DNA of 45,713 nucleotides from Priapulus caudatus (Eukaryota): NCBI RefSeq assembly GCF_000485595.1, contig NW_014577072.1, positions 110,264 to 155,976 of the forward strand, read 5' to 3'. Shown piece by piece: positions 23,711 to 37,213 of this stretch (position 1 is its first letter; each line of letters starts with the position of its first letter). The notes under the pieces were generated by a model. It saw only the letters and a program-made list of their open reading frames with translations, ran no database searches and was not told where the DNA came from. The position numbers and the translations under genes were made by a program.

Positions 23711-24304
23711 CTGACTGCCGTTTCATGAAACATTACGAAACGTAGAAATATAATATAGGTGTTGTACTCCTATTTAGCCTATTCTGGGGGGAATAGCTCG
23801 CTGGATAATTCCCGTTGCACGGTCCTCAAAATCAATCTAGAATCGACAGCGGTGTGAGGCGACGAATGTTTATTATGTACTTTATACCATACACATACAT
23901 GTGCAAATCATCAATTCGTATATGCTATAAAGAAGTTAGTGGAAGTGCGTTTCATCGTGTCTACGCATTTCTAACAGGTACAATTTACGCGACAAAATAC
24001 GTCACGTAAATTATCCATAAATACAAGTAAGTTTAACTAAGTTCATCTTCGAATGGTACAATCATAACAAGTATGATTTTACACGAGAGAAATACGTAAT
24101 TTAAATCATACACTATATAACTAGTAAACATTAAAATCATAACAAGTACGATTTTATGCAAGAGAAATGCAAACATATTTACCTAGAATCGACAGCGGTG
24201 TGAGGCGACGAATGGTTATAGGCTATGAGCCAAGGGGGTTGGTCGGTACCATACAGATGGAGTAAGGCTCATTGTGAGTTGCGTGGACCCGCTTATATGG
24301 ACTA

Positions 24305-25185
24305 TATAACTGCCCAGTCGAGAAACCGGGTTTCTTGGGTGCAGACAGCAAGGCGATGCTGGCGCGCCCAAGTGCCGACGTGTCGCAGCGCGTTCGCGTT
24401 CACCTGTGCCCAGTCAGCTTGTCACCGTATCTGTCGAACGCTGTAGAGGCCGTCACCATTTGTGACGGCACTTGTACCACCGCTTGTACCTCATTTATTG
24501 TCAAGTTTATAGGTACAAAATGCCTGTCCTGCATGGCTCCAGTAAGACCAGTATCGCGTGCTGATTAGGTCGATCGTACGTCAGCAGTGCGCGTGGCCGC
24601 GCCCCGGAGAATGCCCAACCCTTGTTGAGTTCCATATGTTGAGATCGAACCAAGTCGTGGCGCGGCGAACATTACTGTGTCGGACACGCGCCCCGCAAAC
24701 GCATCTTTTCGATCGGTATCTTAGAGGAGAGCGGTGGTAGTTCTCATAAAGCACCTCATTCGGAACCCACGATCCTGTCCAGGTGACATTCATTACTTTT
24801 TCGGAGCATACTCGTGTAGCATCCATCAAGTCTGGTCTACGTCCTCCTACTGTAAATGTCCAGGCTCGCATCCGTAGGTGAGAATTATGTCTACTGAGGC
24901 CAGGCGAAGATACGCTTTTTATAGCCTTCCGCCCGTATTTGATTCAGATGTTGTAGTTCAGCTGGAGCGCACGCCAAGCCTGGCGTCTTTTCTCACGCCT
25001 ATATATCTTTTACCTGACGGATTCGTATTACGAGATCCTAGGTACTTGAAACTATCCTTGAGCAGATACATTTTCCCATCAGAGTAGGTCAGCTCCTACG
25101 CTATCCGGTGATGTTAAGGGTAATCTACCTCGGTCTTTTTAGTTATTCAAGGGATAAGTACCATATTGAAGCGTGCCAATTATGC
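24305..25185 (-). mobile_element. RTE-clade LINE 3' fragment (noisy copy)
   Basis: Homologous to 33720-34545 with many single-base indels. Confidence 0.8.
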
Positions 25186-25431
25186 GTATATACTACTAAC
25201 ACAAACACCTGCATTTCATAACGCTAGAAAATGTGTTCGCATTAGCATGAATACATGTGCACACGCGCGCATCATACAGCACGTCCCACATCGAACACAC
25301 GCACAGACGCACACGACACGCACACCACACGCACACGCCACGCACGCACACGACAGCACGACACGCCACGCACACGCACACGCCAACACGCCCACACGCA
25401 CACGCACACGTACACACACACATGCACGGCC

Positions 25432-25467
<36 letters not shown>

Positions 25468-25486
25468 GGCACGCCAGCGCACGCCG

Positions 25487-25525
<39 letters not shown>

Positions 25526-26273
25526 ATATATATATAGTATATATATATTCTGTTTATACGGTCGCTTGGTAAAGTAACGGAGCGAAAATTTTGTGTCCCT
25601 TTTGCATTAAAAAACCAAGATTTTATTACATTTAACATCTTATCTAAAGTTTAATGCGACACGTACTCACAATATTTCTACCTCAGAGTGTTAGCAATCA
25701 TATTATAGTATCAAAGTTGGCTAGCGAAAAATCTGAATTTCGCTTTAACACGATTTTAATTATAACGTAATTTTCAATTGATGCAGTAACGTGGGTACGC
25801 CACAACTTGACATACGGCGTGAAGTTAAAATTCCCAATAACAGTTAAATGTCTATATTTTAGTCGCATTTTATAGAGCAGATGTTTGCTTACTTGAATTT
25901 GTTATTAAAAAGCTCACTAAACACAAGATTATAACTCAAATACCTTATACTTTAACGATTTAAATGTCATCCGATATTTAGCGGCGTATTTTAACAACTT
26001 TGCGTTGCGTTTCCTTATATGTTATTAGCGACGTGTGAAGCAGGGTACAGCAACAGATTTTATGACAATAACTATGGCTTTTGACTGAATATGAATTATG
26101 ACTGATTTTATGGACAATAGATTTCTTGCCGATTATTGAAAACAACCGGGATTTTTGGTGAGAGACGACGGTTAAAAAAGTCAGCAAACGGTTAAAACAA
26201 TATGCATTAAACACTTTGCGTATAATCATTGCCCAAGTATTTTCACCATATATCTTTTTAAGAAGGGCAGAAT

Positions 26274-27215
26274 TTATGTAGTCATCTGCAGGACAATCGA
26301 TGTCATCTCATCAGTGGCAGCAGTTGATTAACCCGGCTCTGGGTGTTTCATCTGTGAGCGCTGCAACATGCTCCATGGCGGCGTGTTACAGGCTTCCTTT
26401 CCACTTAACCACTCGTGGTGCAGCTGAAATACACGATTATAGCATAATGATAATGCAAAAGTATATATAATACATAACGGACTCGTGGCTTTTTCAAGGA
26501 AGACTTTGGTTAGTAGTTTGCATAGTTATGCGTCTAAAATGTGGCATTAGTATTCGCGCGCACGCGCACGCCGCGCACGACACACAACGCACGCACACAC
26601 GAAGCGCGCGCCCCGCGCACACATGTATTTACAATGTAAAATAATATTCATGTATGCGTTATCGTTATACTACAACTAGTGATTGTAAATTATTGATGTT
26701 ATAGACATACCCGTAAGCACACTGCATCGGTATGCATGTAGTCCCTACTACAACAACTATAGTTAAAACACAGCCCATAACAATACTTGACTTACTATTG
26801 ACAGTGTTAGGTTATCGGTTGTGGAGCGCAAATACATATCTCGCATGTTCCCTCCGGAGTGAAGCTGTCAACCAAGCGCGTATCATGCCATTTGCCGTGC
26901 AGGTGTCTTCTTTACAGGAGTCAAAGAATACATATTAGCCGCATCTTTAATGCCAAATACTTGACTTTGTCTCTAGTCTTTGATTAATTGCAATGCCTAG
27001 TTATTACCTTTCGAAACGGACTGCTAAATGGCCTGCATTAATCGTCTACTACAGTGTAAAAAGATGCTAGTTTTTAGCGAAAATACAGGCCAGTATTTGA
27101 AAACTAATCAGGTACACTCTATATAGTTAAACATACGTCGTTTGACATTGGCAACGATGATAGCCGAATCAGAGTCACGGTTGTAAAGAGCGATGATTAT
27201 TCCTGTGAGTCTCAT
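26274..27215 (-). pseudogene. Frameshifted copy of the VWC/SVWC gene (probably sequencing-error laden, not a true pseudogene)
   Basis: All three exons are recognisable (ATG at 27215, stop at 26274) but carry scattered 1-nt indels like the rest of copy A. Confidence 0.7.
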
Positions 27216-27794
27216 CTTGCTGTGCCTCGAGGTGCCTGTGCTGTGCTGATCCGTAGCTGCATATAATTATTTACGACCGTATTTAATTGATAGTCTAACC
27301 GCATGCATGCACCACTACGCCTTGGACGACTATTTTTCCGCTATAATTATGGTTCACATTGCTAGCGCTGGTATTACTCGCATGAAAAACTGACTCTGGT
27401 TAACCTTCTGGTTAAAACTCTGGCTTAAACGAGCCCCGCATGGACAGCTTTCCGGGACACCTCGCAGTGCTTGGATAACTGACAACGAAGTCCGAATCTA
27501 ATCGAAACACAAGCTTCGCCGGCTTATTGACACAACTGAATGCTGCGTCGAAATGTTTCAAATGACCATAGTAGCCACACATTCGTGTAATGAAGAGATT
27601 TCTCTCTCATATACATGTACTCTGTGATAGGTCGTGTTCGATGTATTAGTGTATACCGTTAACGCCTAGGCTCTCTATTGACGTACGCGCCTAATTAATT
27701 AATGTACCCTAAGCGTCAGCATAAATAATAGACAAAACACAAAGTGGTACGTACAACCAACTATATATATATTTCTTTATCACCAAACTATGTA

Positions 27795-28335
27795 ACTAGA
27801 GCACTCGGAGAGCGCAGACCTCGCCAGCTACAGTTGATGATATCTCGTATGAGCGACATAGGGTCATCATATTGACCTGGTTTCACATTGCAGTTCTACG
27901 TTTTGCTGGCTGCTGGGTTTCAGTTTGTTACAATGGCGCAACTTATGATAAATGTACCTGGTTTGCGTTTCTTATCGAATGGCATTGCAGCATTTGTTTA
28001 AACACTACAAGCAATACTTGCAATGCATGACATTTTATTATTTTATTAATAATTAATTGATTAAATAATTAATTGCGGAATTACATTAACAATGCTATAA
28101 GTTACTCATTTCTGACCTATCCTTTGAAAATTAAATTAATTAATAATTATTGGATCCGGATCACCACAAAGTGTGTAATTAATGCTAAGTTACCTTCATT
28201 TCAGACCTATCCTGAAAATTTTATTAACAATCGTTCATAAAATTTTTCAGTTAGGCTTCTACGACAAAGAAACCACAACGCACGCCGGTGAAAACATAAC
28301 CTCCTGCCACCCCTGGCCGGAGCCTGCTTCGTAAT
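27795..28335 (-). mobile_element. HINE-like non-autonomous element (noisy copy of 37214-37745)
   Basis: ACTAGAGCACTCGGAGAGCGCAGACCTC...GAAAACATAACCTCC termini. Confidence 0.7.
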
Positions 28336-31300
28336 AATATTGGGCGCGTCGATGTTAGTAAAACAACAACAGTAGTCACACAAATACACGCTTATCGGTC
28401 TAAGAATATCATAAGCGTCTACGGTACGTCCTCGCATTCAAGACAATTATCATAGCAGCATTACGTATTATAGCAAAATATAACTCATCATCTCGCGATT
28501 AGTATTGTTATATACGATAAATAAGGTTAGTCTATAAACATGTTAGACTATGTTTATAAGTTTATAAGTGAGATATTCACGGCAATCCGTAGTAAAACCT
28601 TGATACGTATGACGCATTCTCAATCTGGGATACCATTACCACAGGCGAGAGCCAGAGGTTTGGTTCTACCGTCTATCAAAGTTGTCTCTATAGTTATACC
28701 ATTTTCAGCTGACACGTGATTTACTAGGACTACGAGTTTTGGCCAGATTGTATGGTTAATTAGTTATCAGTAGATATGACCTAATTTTCCACCTATACGC
28801 CTTTGTCAGCATTGCACCACTAGTCCTTGCGTGTACCAATTGTTTGTAGCCGGTGACTTATTATTTACCGATGTCGACTTTGCTGCGATGTTTGTAAGCT
28901 TTAGCAAGGGGTTAATTTCTGGGCCTAGGACTTCGGTCCCATGGCCTTGTCAATCATTTTATCCACCTTCTTTCAACGCGCGGTTTTAACTTATAATAAC
29001 TTTCGCTTCATTTACATCAGGGCACCATTTGGCGAAAATGTGCACATTAGTAAAAAACAGTGTATCCCTTTCATTGTATTAATGTGTGGGCTACCGGCTA
29101 CGGCAGTGAATGCAGTTAAAAAACAAAAGGTATACGCCCTACCTTGGCTAATAGGTGACTTCGCCACTTCTCTTTTTCAACTTTATTTTCTTTACTTCCG
29201 CTTTCTTTCTGACGCCTCACCTCCTAGCAACCGCCCCAACAAATCTCAATTTAACCTCGTTCTCCACTCCCTATCACCCACCTAATTATCTCCCTCTCTA
29301 TCGACCTTCCTCACTCCGACCAATATCCTTTGCCGTCTCGTTTAGTTTTCTCCAATTTATTAATCTTTACATAGATAGGCGTCTCAGGCCACTCACTGTT
29401 GCACTGATTCCCTTCCAATGTTCATTTTTTATCGACATCTGGCTTCGCTTCCTTTATGGAACCACTATTTTTCGGCTCCAGTTCTCCTCACATTCATCCA
29501 CCTTCAGCCGAGATCTATACCAATTTGGATCAGAAGCGATAAGGCGACAGAAACCTAATTAGTGGTGTGCGTGTTGCTTGTTGCGTAGATGCATGCAAAA
29601 TATTCAAAATTTCAACTTCAACAAATAAATATATATTCAAAAAACTTTTATTATGAAGTATTGAGCTTTATGAGTAGATATTTACAATGCATTTGTTAGT
29701 AATTCATAAACAAAAAATTCACATTATTATTATTAATGTATACATATATTATCAAATCATAAACATCATATTTATTTACCAAATAGATTACTTAATATTT
29801 TCAAAAGTGTTTTGTGACTTCATCTTACCTGATATAGAAGCATAGATATTATAACAATACATATAATAATAATCCCTAAATAGAAATTATTCCACAATTT
29901 CATTATTGATATTATTTATATAATTACGGTTACATAGTATACTAATATTTTACCATATAATATATCAATTCAATAGTACTCAACAGATTTAGATTAACAT
30001 TTTACAATACATTGTAGATGTAGATTAGATATTTACAATACATTGTATTATTTCCTTGACCAAAACACGCCATAAACATTAATAATATTATATATATATT
30101 ACAACCATATATACATATAACAGAATGTGAATAATAGAGATATCTATTATTTCACTCCTGCGATATAACCATTTATCAAATCATTGAAAACAAAATCATA
30201 CACAATTTTATTTCGTTTCATTTGCTGTATGCATTATACATATTAACATACTATAATTATATAATATTATGAACATTGGTTAATGCAATATTATATCGAA
30301 CAAATTAACGCTAAAAAAGCACTATTTAATTTTAAATATTTTTCTCTATAGTATGCATCATATACTTTCTCAGCTGTCCTATTTGGCGGTGTCTGTTTGA
30401 GATATCCTATGCAATACAATTCCAATTGTTTTCAATGGACATAGAAAGAGCAATGTAGGAAGGCGAAAGTCATAACCTTCTCCCTCCTCTCCCCTTCTCC
30501 CTCTCTCCCCACCTCACACCCTTTACTCACCGATCCAATTGTACCCCGCTTCGCGAGCCACAGCCGCCCATTCTACAGGGTTGCCACAGTCGCTGATTCT
30601 CACACTCGCAATTCTCCTTTGCATGCGGCGCCGTACGGTGAGGGGTCCGCACAGGGGGCGCCACAGGTCGGTGCGCCGAAGGCCAGGCCGGCACTTGCAC
30701 GCGCCCGTGCGTGAATGACAGCTGTGGAGGAGAGTGAGCGCGTCAATGAACGATGGCAGACGCGCGCGAAGAGAACGACAGGCGGCTACTGCAGCCGCCG
30801 GTTACAACCACGTCAACGTGCTTAATGCGCAGAAAAGGAAACTTATAATAACCCTCCTGTCCATCTTTGTTAAATTACACAGGAGTGCATTAATTACTAT
30901 AATACTATACAATATTATTAATACTGTTGGTAATAATAGGTTATAATACTATTCAATAATTATATAGTATCAATAAAGATATTAAAATCGTTAATTATTA
31001 AGTGTTAATTATTTAATTATATATGATACAATAATGAAATTGCGAGATACTGCATGACTGAAGTTTAGTAAACATCAACTATAAATTTCCGACTATCATC
31101 CTGACCTAAAAATAATTCATGCGTTCATTATCAATTATATGTTATTTAGACATGGTTTTCTACTATGTCTGCTTTGGTGTACCCCAAACGATAACTTGAG
31201 CTTTTTAAGCCACTTTCATGATTTTGTTCAGTTAATTTAATTTCCATTGGTTAACTTTTACTCGAATTACCTAACTATAAATACATTTTAGAGAAATAAT

Positions 31301-31489
31301 ATCAAGAAACTGTAACAACGCTCACGTTTTTTATCTTGCAACAAGAGTTAATAGATGTCTCAATAAATAATTATTATTTATCTACCACTATTGTAACACA
31401 GGCGCCATGATTGCTGAGTTTGCCATTTTAACATCATAAAATCAAACGTAGACGTATTTGTAATAATAATCTGTCGTGACAGAACGTAA

Positions 31490-31746
31490 CTACGGATATT
31501 ACACAGATTTCTGAATACGTACGTCCCGGCATTGCTTGAAAACAAGCTCTGCTTCTTTTTCTTTCTTTTCTCCTCTCTTCTCTCTCTCCTCTCTCTTCTC
31601 CTCTCTTCCCTCTCTCTCTCTCTCTCTCTCATTCTTCACTCTCTCTCTCCTCTCTCTCTTCTCTCTATCTTCCTCTCTTCTCTCTCTCTCTCTCGTCTCT
31701 CTCTCTTTCCTCTCTCTCTCTTTCCCCCTTCTCTCTCCTCTCTCTC

Positions 31747-31777
<31 letters not shown>

Positions 31778-32104
31778 TCTCCTCTCACTCTCTCTGGCTT
31801 GCTCGCTCCTATCCTTCTCTCTCTCTCACTCACTTCAAGCTTCCTCTGGTTTCTCTTCTTCGCTTGCCTCTTTTTCTCTCTCTTGCAGTTCGTCACTCTC
31901 AAACGAAAGGCATATGTACACACTTTCACTCCGGCCCACGTTAGTACTCTCTCGTGATCGCCCAGATTCCTCTCAAAACGTTTTTGCATAATAGAGATAA
32001 TCGTTCGCGTGACAAAATTAACTACAGGATATTACACAGAATTTCCTGCCAATACGTACGTCCGCATTGCTCTTGGAACAAGCTCTTGTTTCTTTTTTCT
32101 CTCA

Positions 32105-32161
<57 letters not shown>

Positions 32162-32234
32162 CTCTCTTCTTCCTCTCTCTCTCTCTCTCTCTCTCTTCTT
32201 CTCTCTCTCTTTCTCTCTCTCTTCTCTCTCTTCT

Positions 32235-32274
<40 letters not shown>

Positions 32275-32327
32275 TCTCTCTCTCTCTCTTCCTCTCTCTT
32301 TTCTCTCTGGGCTTGCTTCCTCTATCC

Positions 32328-32388
<61 letters not shown>

Positions 32389-32612
32389 CTCTCTCGCCTC
32401 TCACTCTCTCTGGCTTCGCTCGCTCTATCGTTCTTCTCTCTCACTCACTCCTCAGCTCTCCTCTTTCTTCTTCGCTTCCTTCTGTTTCATCTCTCTCGCT
32501 TTGCTCTTTTTCTCCTCTCTTGCATCTCGCGTTCACGCGTCAAACGCAGGAAATGTACACACTTTCACTCCGGCCAGGTGACCGTACTCTCTCGTGTTCG
32601 CGCAGACTCCTC
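31490..32612. repeat. Two tandem ~500-590-bp units each containing a (CT)n tract
   Basis: GGATATTACACAGA...AATACGTACGTCC...ACAAGCTCT and ATGTACACACTTTCACTCCGGCC...GTACTCTCTCGTG each occur twice (~31494/32027 and ~31914/32553). Confidence 0.85.
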
Positions 32613-33451
32613 TACAAGCCGCCAACGACATCCCTACTTCCCATCGCCATGGGTTATCCGACTCACCTCTCGGCGCCCCCTGGTGTGGCACACTTGGCAC
32701 GTCTCCTCGCAGTCAGGGCCGAATCTGTCATCGGGGGCAGGTTCTCTGCTGGCAGAGAGGGCGCCCTCGTAGCGTCGTCGCACACGCAGCTCGCACGTTC
32801 TCGTTCGACATGGCAGATTGGCGCCGTTGTCGCAACCGACGCATCGTCGCGGCAACCGTTTGCCGTAGCTACCGATCTGGCAAAGTTCTCCTGATGAGCA
32901 CGATGACAGCAGCGTGAGACGAGCAAACAACGCAGCCAATGAGATGTCACAGTGACGTATTGCATGTTCTTCTGCTTACAACGGGTGCAGAAACTTTGTC
33001 AAGACAATTATCGCCGAATACACACTGTTACACACCATACAGACACGGCCGGCATTGCCACGGCACGCACGCTCGTCACGACGGAAACACACAACCTTAC
33101 GCAGTGCGTATATCTATATATATATATAATATATATATATACACGTGTACATTTAATACTAATTCTATTTGTTAGGGAGAAGTTAAAAAAAAAACTCAGA
33201 GAACTTAAATACTATGAATAGTATTTTTTCTGCAAACGTCGATACGTAAAACGACAGACGCTTGTGACAAACTAGGCAGTTTATGGTAAGAAATCTAGCT
33301 CAGAACACTAACTTTTGTACACTATACCTACTCCACCCCCACTTGCTTTCTATTGTCATCACGCATGTTTGGCTACGGCATTGAGCTCTACATCTTATCA
33401 TCTATAATACTATATCTTAGTTAGGGTGGCATCTGTCGAATTAACGTGCGC

Positions 33452-33476
33452 NNNNNNNNNNNNNNNNNNNNNNNNN
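33452..33476. other. 25-N assembly gap at the junction of the duplicated blocks
   Basis: Exactly 25 Ns. Other gaps: 397-461, 2056-2400, 5270-5868, 9058, 34935-34944. Confidence 0.97.
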
Positions 33477-33719
33477 ATTATTTATCTGGGCATAATTAAT
33501 AAAAAATGTAAAAAAAAAATATAAAATATTAGCGCAGAAATTGAAATCCCGACGAATTGACACAATTTTCCCAGATCCCAGACAATTTTAGAGGGTGTTT
33601 CCCACGTCCCGATGGACTTCTATTCCCGAATCACGAAAAATTTATCTGACATTTCCCAGTTCCCAGGTAATTAAAATGGCCAATCCCGCGTCCCGAAAAT
33701 ACCCGTTCCCCCCCTCTAT

Positions 33720-34545
33720 ATACTGCCCAGTCGAAACCGGTTTCTTGGCGTGAGACAGCAAGCGATGCTGGCGCGCCCAGTCGACGTCGCAGCGCGTCGC
33801 GTCACCTGGCCGTCCAGCTTGTCACCGCTATTGTCCCAACGCTTAAGAGGCCCGTCACCATTTGTGACCGCTTGTCACCGCTTGTCCTCATTTTTGTCAA
33901 GTTTATAGGTACAAAAATGCCTGTCCTGCATGGCGCCCCGTAAGACCAGTATCGCGTCTGAGTTGGTCGATGTACGTCAGTCGCTGGCCGCCCCGAGAAG
34001 CCCAACCCTGTTGAGGTTCCCAGAGATCGAACCAAGTCGTGCGCGGCAACATTACTGTGTCGGACACAGCGCCCCGCCAAACGCAATCTTTTCGATCGTA
34101 TCTTAGAGGAGAGCGGTGGTAGTTCTTCATAAAGCACCTCATTCGGAACACGATCCTGCCAGGTGACATTACATACTTTTCGGAGCATACTCGTGTAGCA
34201 TCCATCAAGTCTGGTCTCGTCTCCTACTGTGAATGTCCAGGCTCGCATCCGTAGGTGAGAATTGATTCTACTGAGGCCACGAAGATACGCTTTTTTAGCC
34301 CTTCCGCCCTATTTGAGTTCCAGATGTTGTTCAGCTTGTGGAGCGCACGCCAAGCCTGGGTCTTTCTCACGCCAATATCTTTACCTGACGAGTTGATATA
34401 CGAGCCTAGGTACTTGAACTCATCCTTGACAGATAATATTTCACCATCGAGAGTAGTCAGCTCTACGCTATCCGGGATGTTAAAGGGTACTACCTCGGTC
34501 TTTTTAGTATTCAAGGATAGTCCACATATTGAAGCGTGACAATAT
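33720..34545 (-). mobile_element. RTE-clade LINE 3' fragment (RT C-terminal region)
   Basis: GLSLNTKKTEV; DEFKYLGSYI; KDIGVRKTQAWRALHKLNNIWNS; KKRIFVASVESILTYGCE/AWT; LDGCYTSMLRKVCNVTWQDRVPNEVLY; KRLRLAGRCVRH; WEPQQG; LTYIDQLRRDTGL. It is 5'-truncated and frameshifted. Confidence 0.9.
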
Positions 34546-34789
34546 GCGTTTATACTACTAACACAACACCTGATTTCAATAACGCTAGATATGTGTTCGC
34601 ATAGCATAATACATGTGCACACGCGCGCACATACACGCACGCATACACGCACACGCACACGCACACGCACACGCACACGCACACGCACACGCACACGCAC
34701 ACGCACACGCACACGCACACGCACACGCACACGCACACGCACACGCACACGCACACGCACACGCACACGACACACACACATGCACGGCC

Positions 34790-34825
<36 letters not shown>

Positions 34826-34842
34826 GGCACGCACGCACGCCC

Positions 34843-34907
<65 letters not shown>

Positions 34908-34944
34908 TCTTGTTTACGTACCGGTCGGTCGTTANNNNNNNNNN

Positions 34945-34987
<43 letters not shown>

Positions 34988-35710
34988 ATATATATATATA
35001 TATATATATATTCTGTTTATACCGGTCGGCTTGGTAAGTAACGGACGAAAATTTTGTGTCCCTTTTGATTAAAAAACCAAGATTTTATTACATTTAACAT
35101 TCTTAATTCATAAAGTTTAATGCACACAGTACTCACAATATTTTACTCAGGTGTTAGCAATCATATTATATATCCAGTGGCTAGGAAAATTGAATTCGCT
35201 TTAACACGATTTTAATTATAACGTAGATTTTCAATGATGCAGTAACGTGGGTACGCACAACTTGACTACGGTGAAGTTAAAATTCCCAATAACAGTTTAA
35301 ATGTTATATTTAGTCGCATTTTATAGAGCAGTATGTTCTGTTACGTTGAATTGTTATTAAAAAGCTCCATAAACACAAGTTATAACTCAAATACCTTATA
35401 CTTTAACAATTTAATGTCATCCCGATATTTAGCGCGTATTTTAAAACTTGCGTCTGCGTTTCCTTATATGTATAGCGACGTGTGAAGCCAGGGCGTACAG
35501 CAAATGATTTATGACAATAACTATGGCTATTTGACTGAATTGAATTTATGACTGATTTATGACAATAATTTCTTGCCGATTATGAAACAACGGATTTTTG
35601 TGAGAGACGACGGTTAAAAAAGTCAGCAAACGGTTTAAAACAAATGCATTAAACACTTGTATAATCATGCCCCAATATTTTCACCATATATCTTTTAAGA
35701 AGGGCAGAAT

Positions 35711-35864
35711 TTATGTAATCATCTGCAGACAATCGTTGTCACATCTCCACTCAGGGCAGCAGCTTGGATAACCCGTCTCTGGTGTTTCATCTGTGAGCGT
35801 GCAACACTGCTCCATGGCGGGTGTTACAGGCTTTTCTTCCCACTGTAACCACCTCGTGGTGCAG
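35711..35864 (-). CDS. Secreted single-VWC (SVWC-like) protein, coding exon 3 (terminal)
   Basis: Acceptor tatttcag|C completes TA+C = Tyr. Translation CTTRWLQWEEKPVTPAMEQCCTLTDETPETGYPSCCPEWRCDNDCLQMIT* contains the YPxCCP...C signature. Length 154 nt = 1+150+3. Confidence 0.9.
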
Positions 35865-36233
35865 CTGAAATACACGATATAAGCATAATGATAATGCAAA
35901 AGTATATATAATACATACAGACTCCGTGGCTTTTTCAAGGAAGACTTTGGTTAGGTAGTTTGCATAGTTATGGTCTAAAATTGGCATTAGATTCGCGCGC
36001 ACGCGCACGCACGCGCACACACACACGCACGCACACACGAGCGCGCGCCCCCGCGCACACATGTATTTACAAATGTAAATAAATATTCATGGATGCGTAC
36101 TCGTTATACTACAACTAGTGATTGTAAATTATTTGATGTATAGACATACCCGTAAGCACACTGCATGCGTTGCATGTAGTCCCTACTACACACAACTATA
36201 GTAAAACAACAGCATAACAATTACTTGACTTAC

Positions 36234-36348
36234 TATTGACAGTGTAGGTTATCGGTTGGTGGAGCGCAAATACATATCTCGCATGTTCCCTCCGGAGTGA
36301 AGCTGTCACCCAAGCGGTACTCCATGCCATTTGCCGTGCAGGTGTCTT
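36234..36348 (-). CDS. Secreted single-VWC (SVWC-like) protein, coding exon 2
   Basis: Acceptor ctctgtaaag|AA, donor TA|gtaagt. Translation (E)DTCTANGMEYRLGDSFTPEGTCEICICAPPTDNLHCQ is a classic VWC N-half (C..NG..Y..G..F....C..C.C). Length 115 nt, phase 1 to phase 2. Confidence 0.92.
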
Positions 36349-36576
36349 CTTTACAGAGTCAAGAATACATATTAGCCGCATCTTTAATGCACAATACTTG
36401 ACTTTAGTCTCTAGTCTTGATTCAACTTTGAATGCTAGTTATTACTTTTCGAAACGAAACGCTAAATGGCTGCATTAATCGTCTATAAAGTGTAAAAAAT
36501 GATGCTAGTTTATTAAGCGAAAATACAGGCCAGTATTGAAAACTAATCAGGTACACTCTATATAGTTAAGACATAC

Positions 36577-36655
36577 CGTCGTTGACATTGGCAACCGATG
36601 TAGCCCGAATCAGAGTCACGGTTGTAAGCAGCGTGATTATTCCTGTGAGTCTCAT
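36577..36655 (-). CDS. Secreted single-VWC (SVWC-like) protein, coding exon 1 (signal peptide)
   Basis: GCCAAG ATG context. MRLTGIITLLTTVTLIRATSVANVND is signal-peptide-like. Donor G|gtatgt in phase 1 matches exon 2. Confidence 0.88.
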
Positions 36656-37213
36656 CTTGGCTGTGGTCCGAGGTGCTGTGGCTGTGGCTTGTATCGTAGC
36701 TGCATATAATTATACGACCGTATTTAATTTGATACGTCTAAACCCGCATGCATGCACCACTTACGCCTTGACGATATTTTTCCCGTATAATATGCGTCAC
36801 ATTGTAGCGCTGGTATTACTCGCATGAAAAACTGACTCTGGTTAACTCTGGTTAACTCTGGTTAAACGGAGCCCGCATGGACAGCTTTCCGGACACTCGA
36901 GTGCTTGGATAACTGACCACGAAGTCTCGAATCTAATCGAAACACAGCTTCGCCGGTTATTGAACAACTGAATGCTGGTCGAAATGTCAAATGACATAGT
37001 AGCACACATCAGTGTAATGAAGAGATTTCTCTCTCATATACATGTACTCTGTGAGAGGCTCGTGTCGATGTATAGTGTATACCGTAACCCTAGGCTCTGC
37101 TATGGTACGCGTACATTAATTAATGTACCCTAAGGTCAGCATAAAATAATAGACAAACACAAAGTGTACGTACAACAATATATATATATTTCTTTATCAC
37201 CAAACTATAGTCA

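Larger units (their letters stand above)
24303..33440. repeat. Copy A of a large tandem duplication (contains a ~2.6-kb segment absent from copy B)
   Basis: 24303-30460 aligns by eye with 33716-39745, and 33098-33440 with 39746-40056. Confidence 0.92.

Noticed and set aside
23838..24214. 32-bp direct repeat CTAGAATCGACAGCGGTGTGAGGCGACGAATG as an att site or TSD
   Set aside because: No element-like content lies between the copies; more simply a local duplication.
36582..36827. Hydrophobic + strand 81-aa ORF resembling a membrane protein or GPCR TM1
   Set aside because: It is the antisense shadow of the VWC gene signal-peptide exon and has no GPCR motifs.
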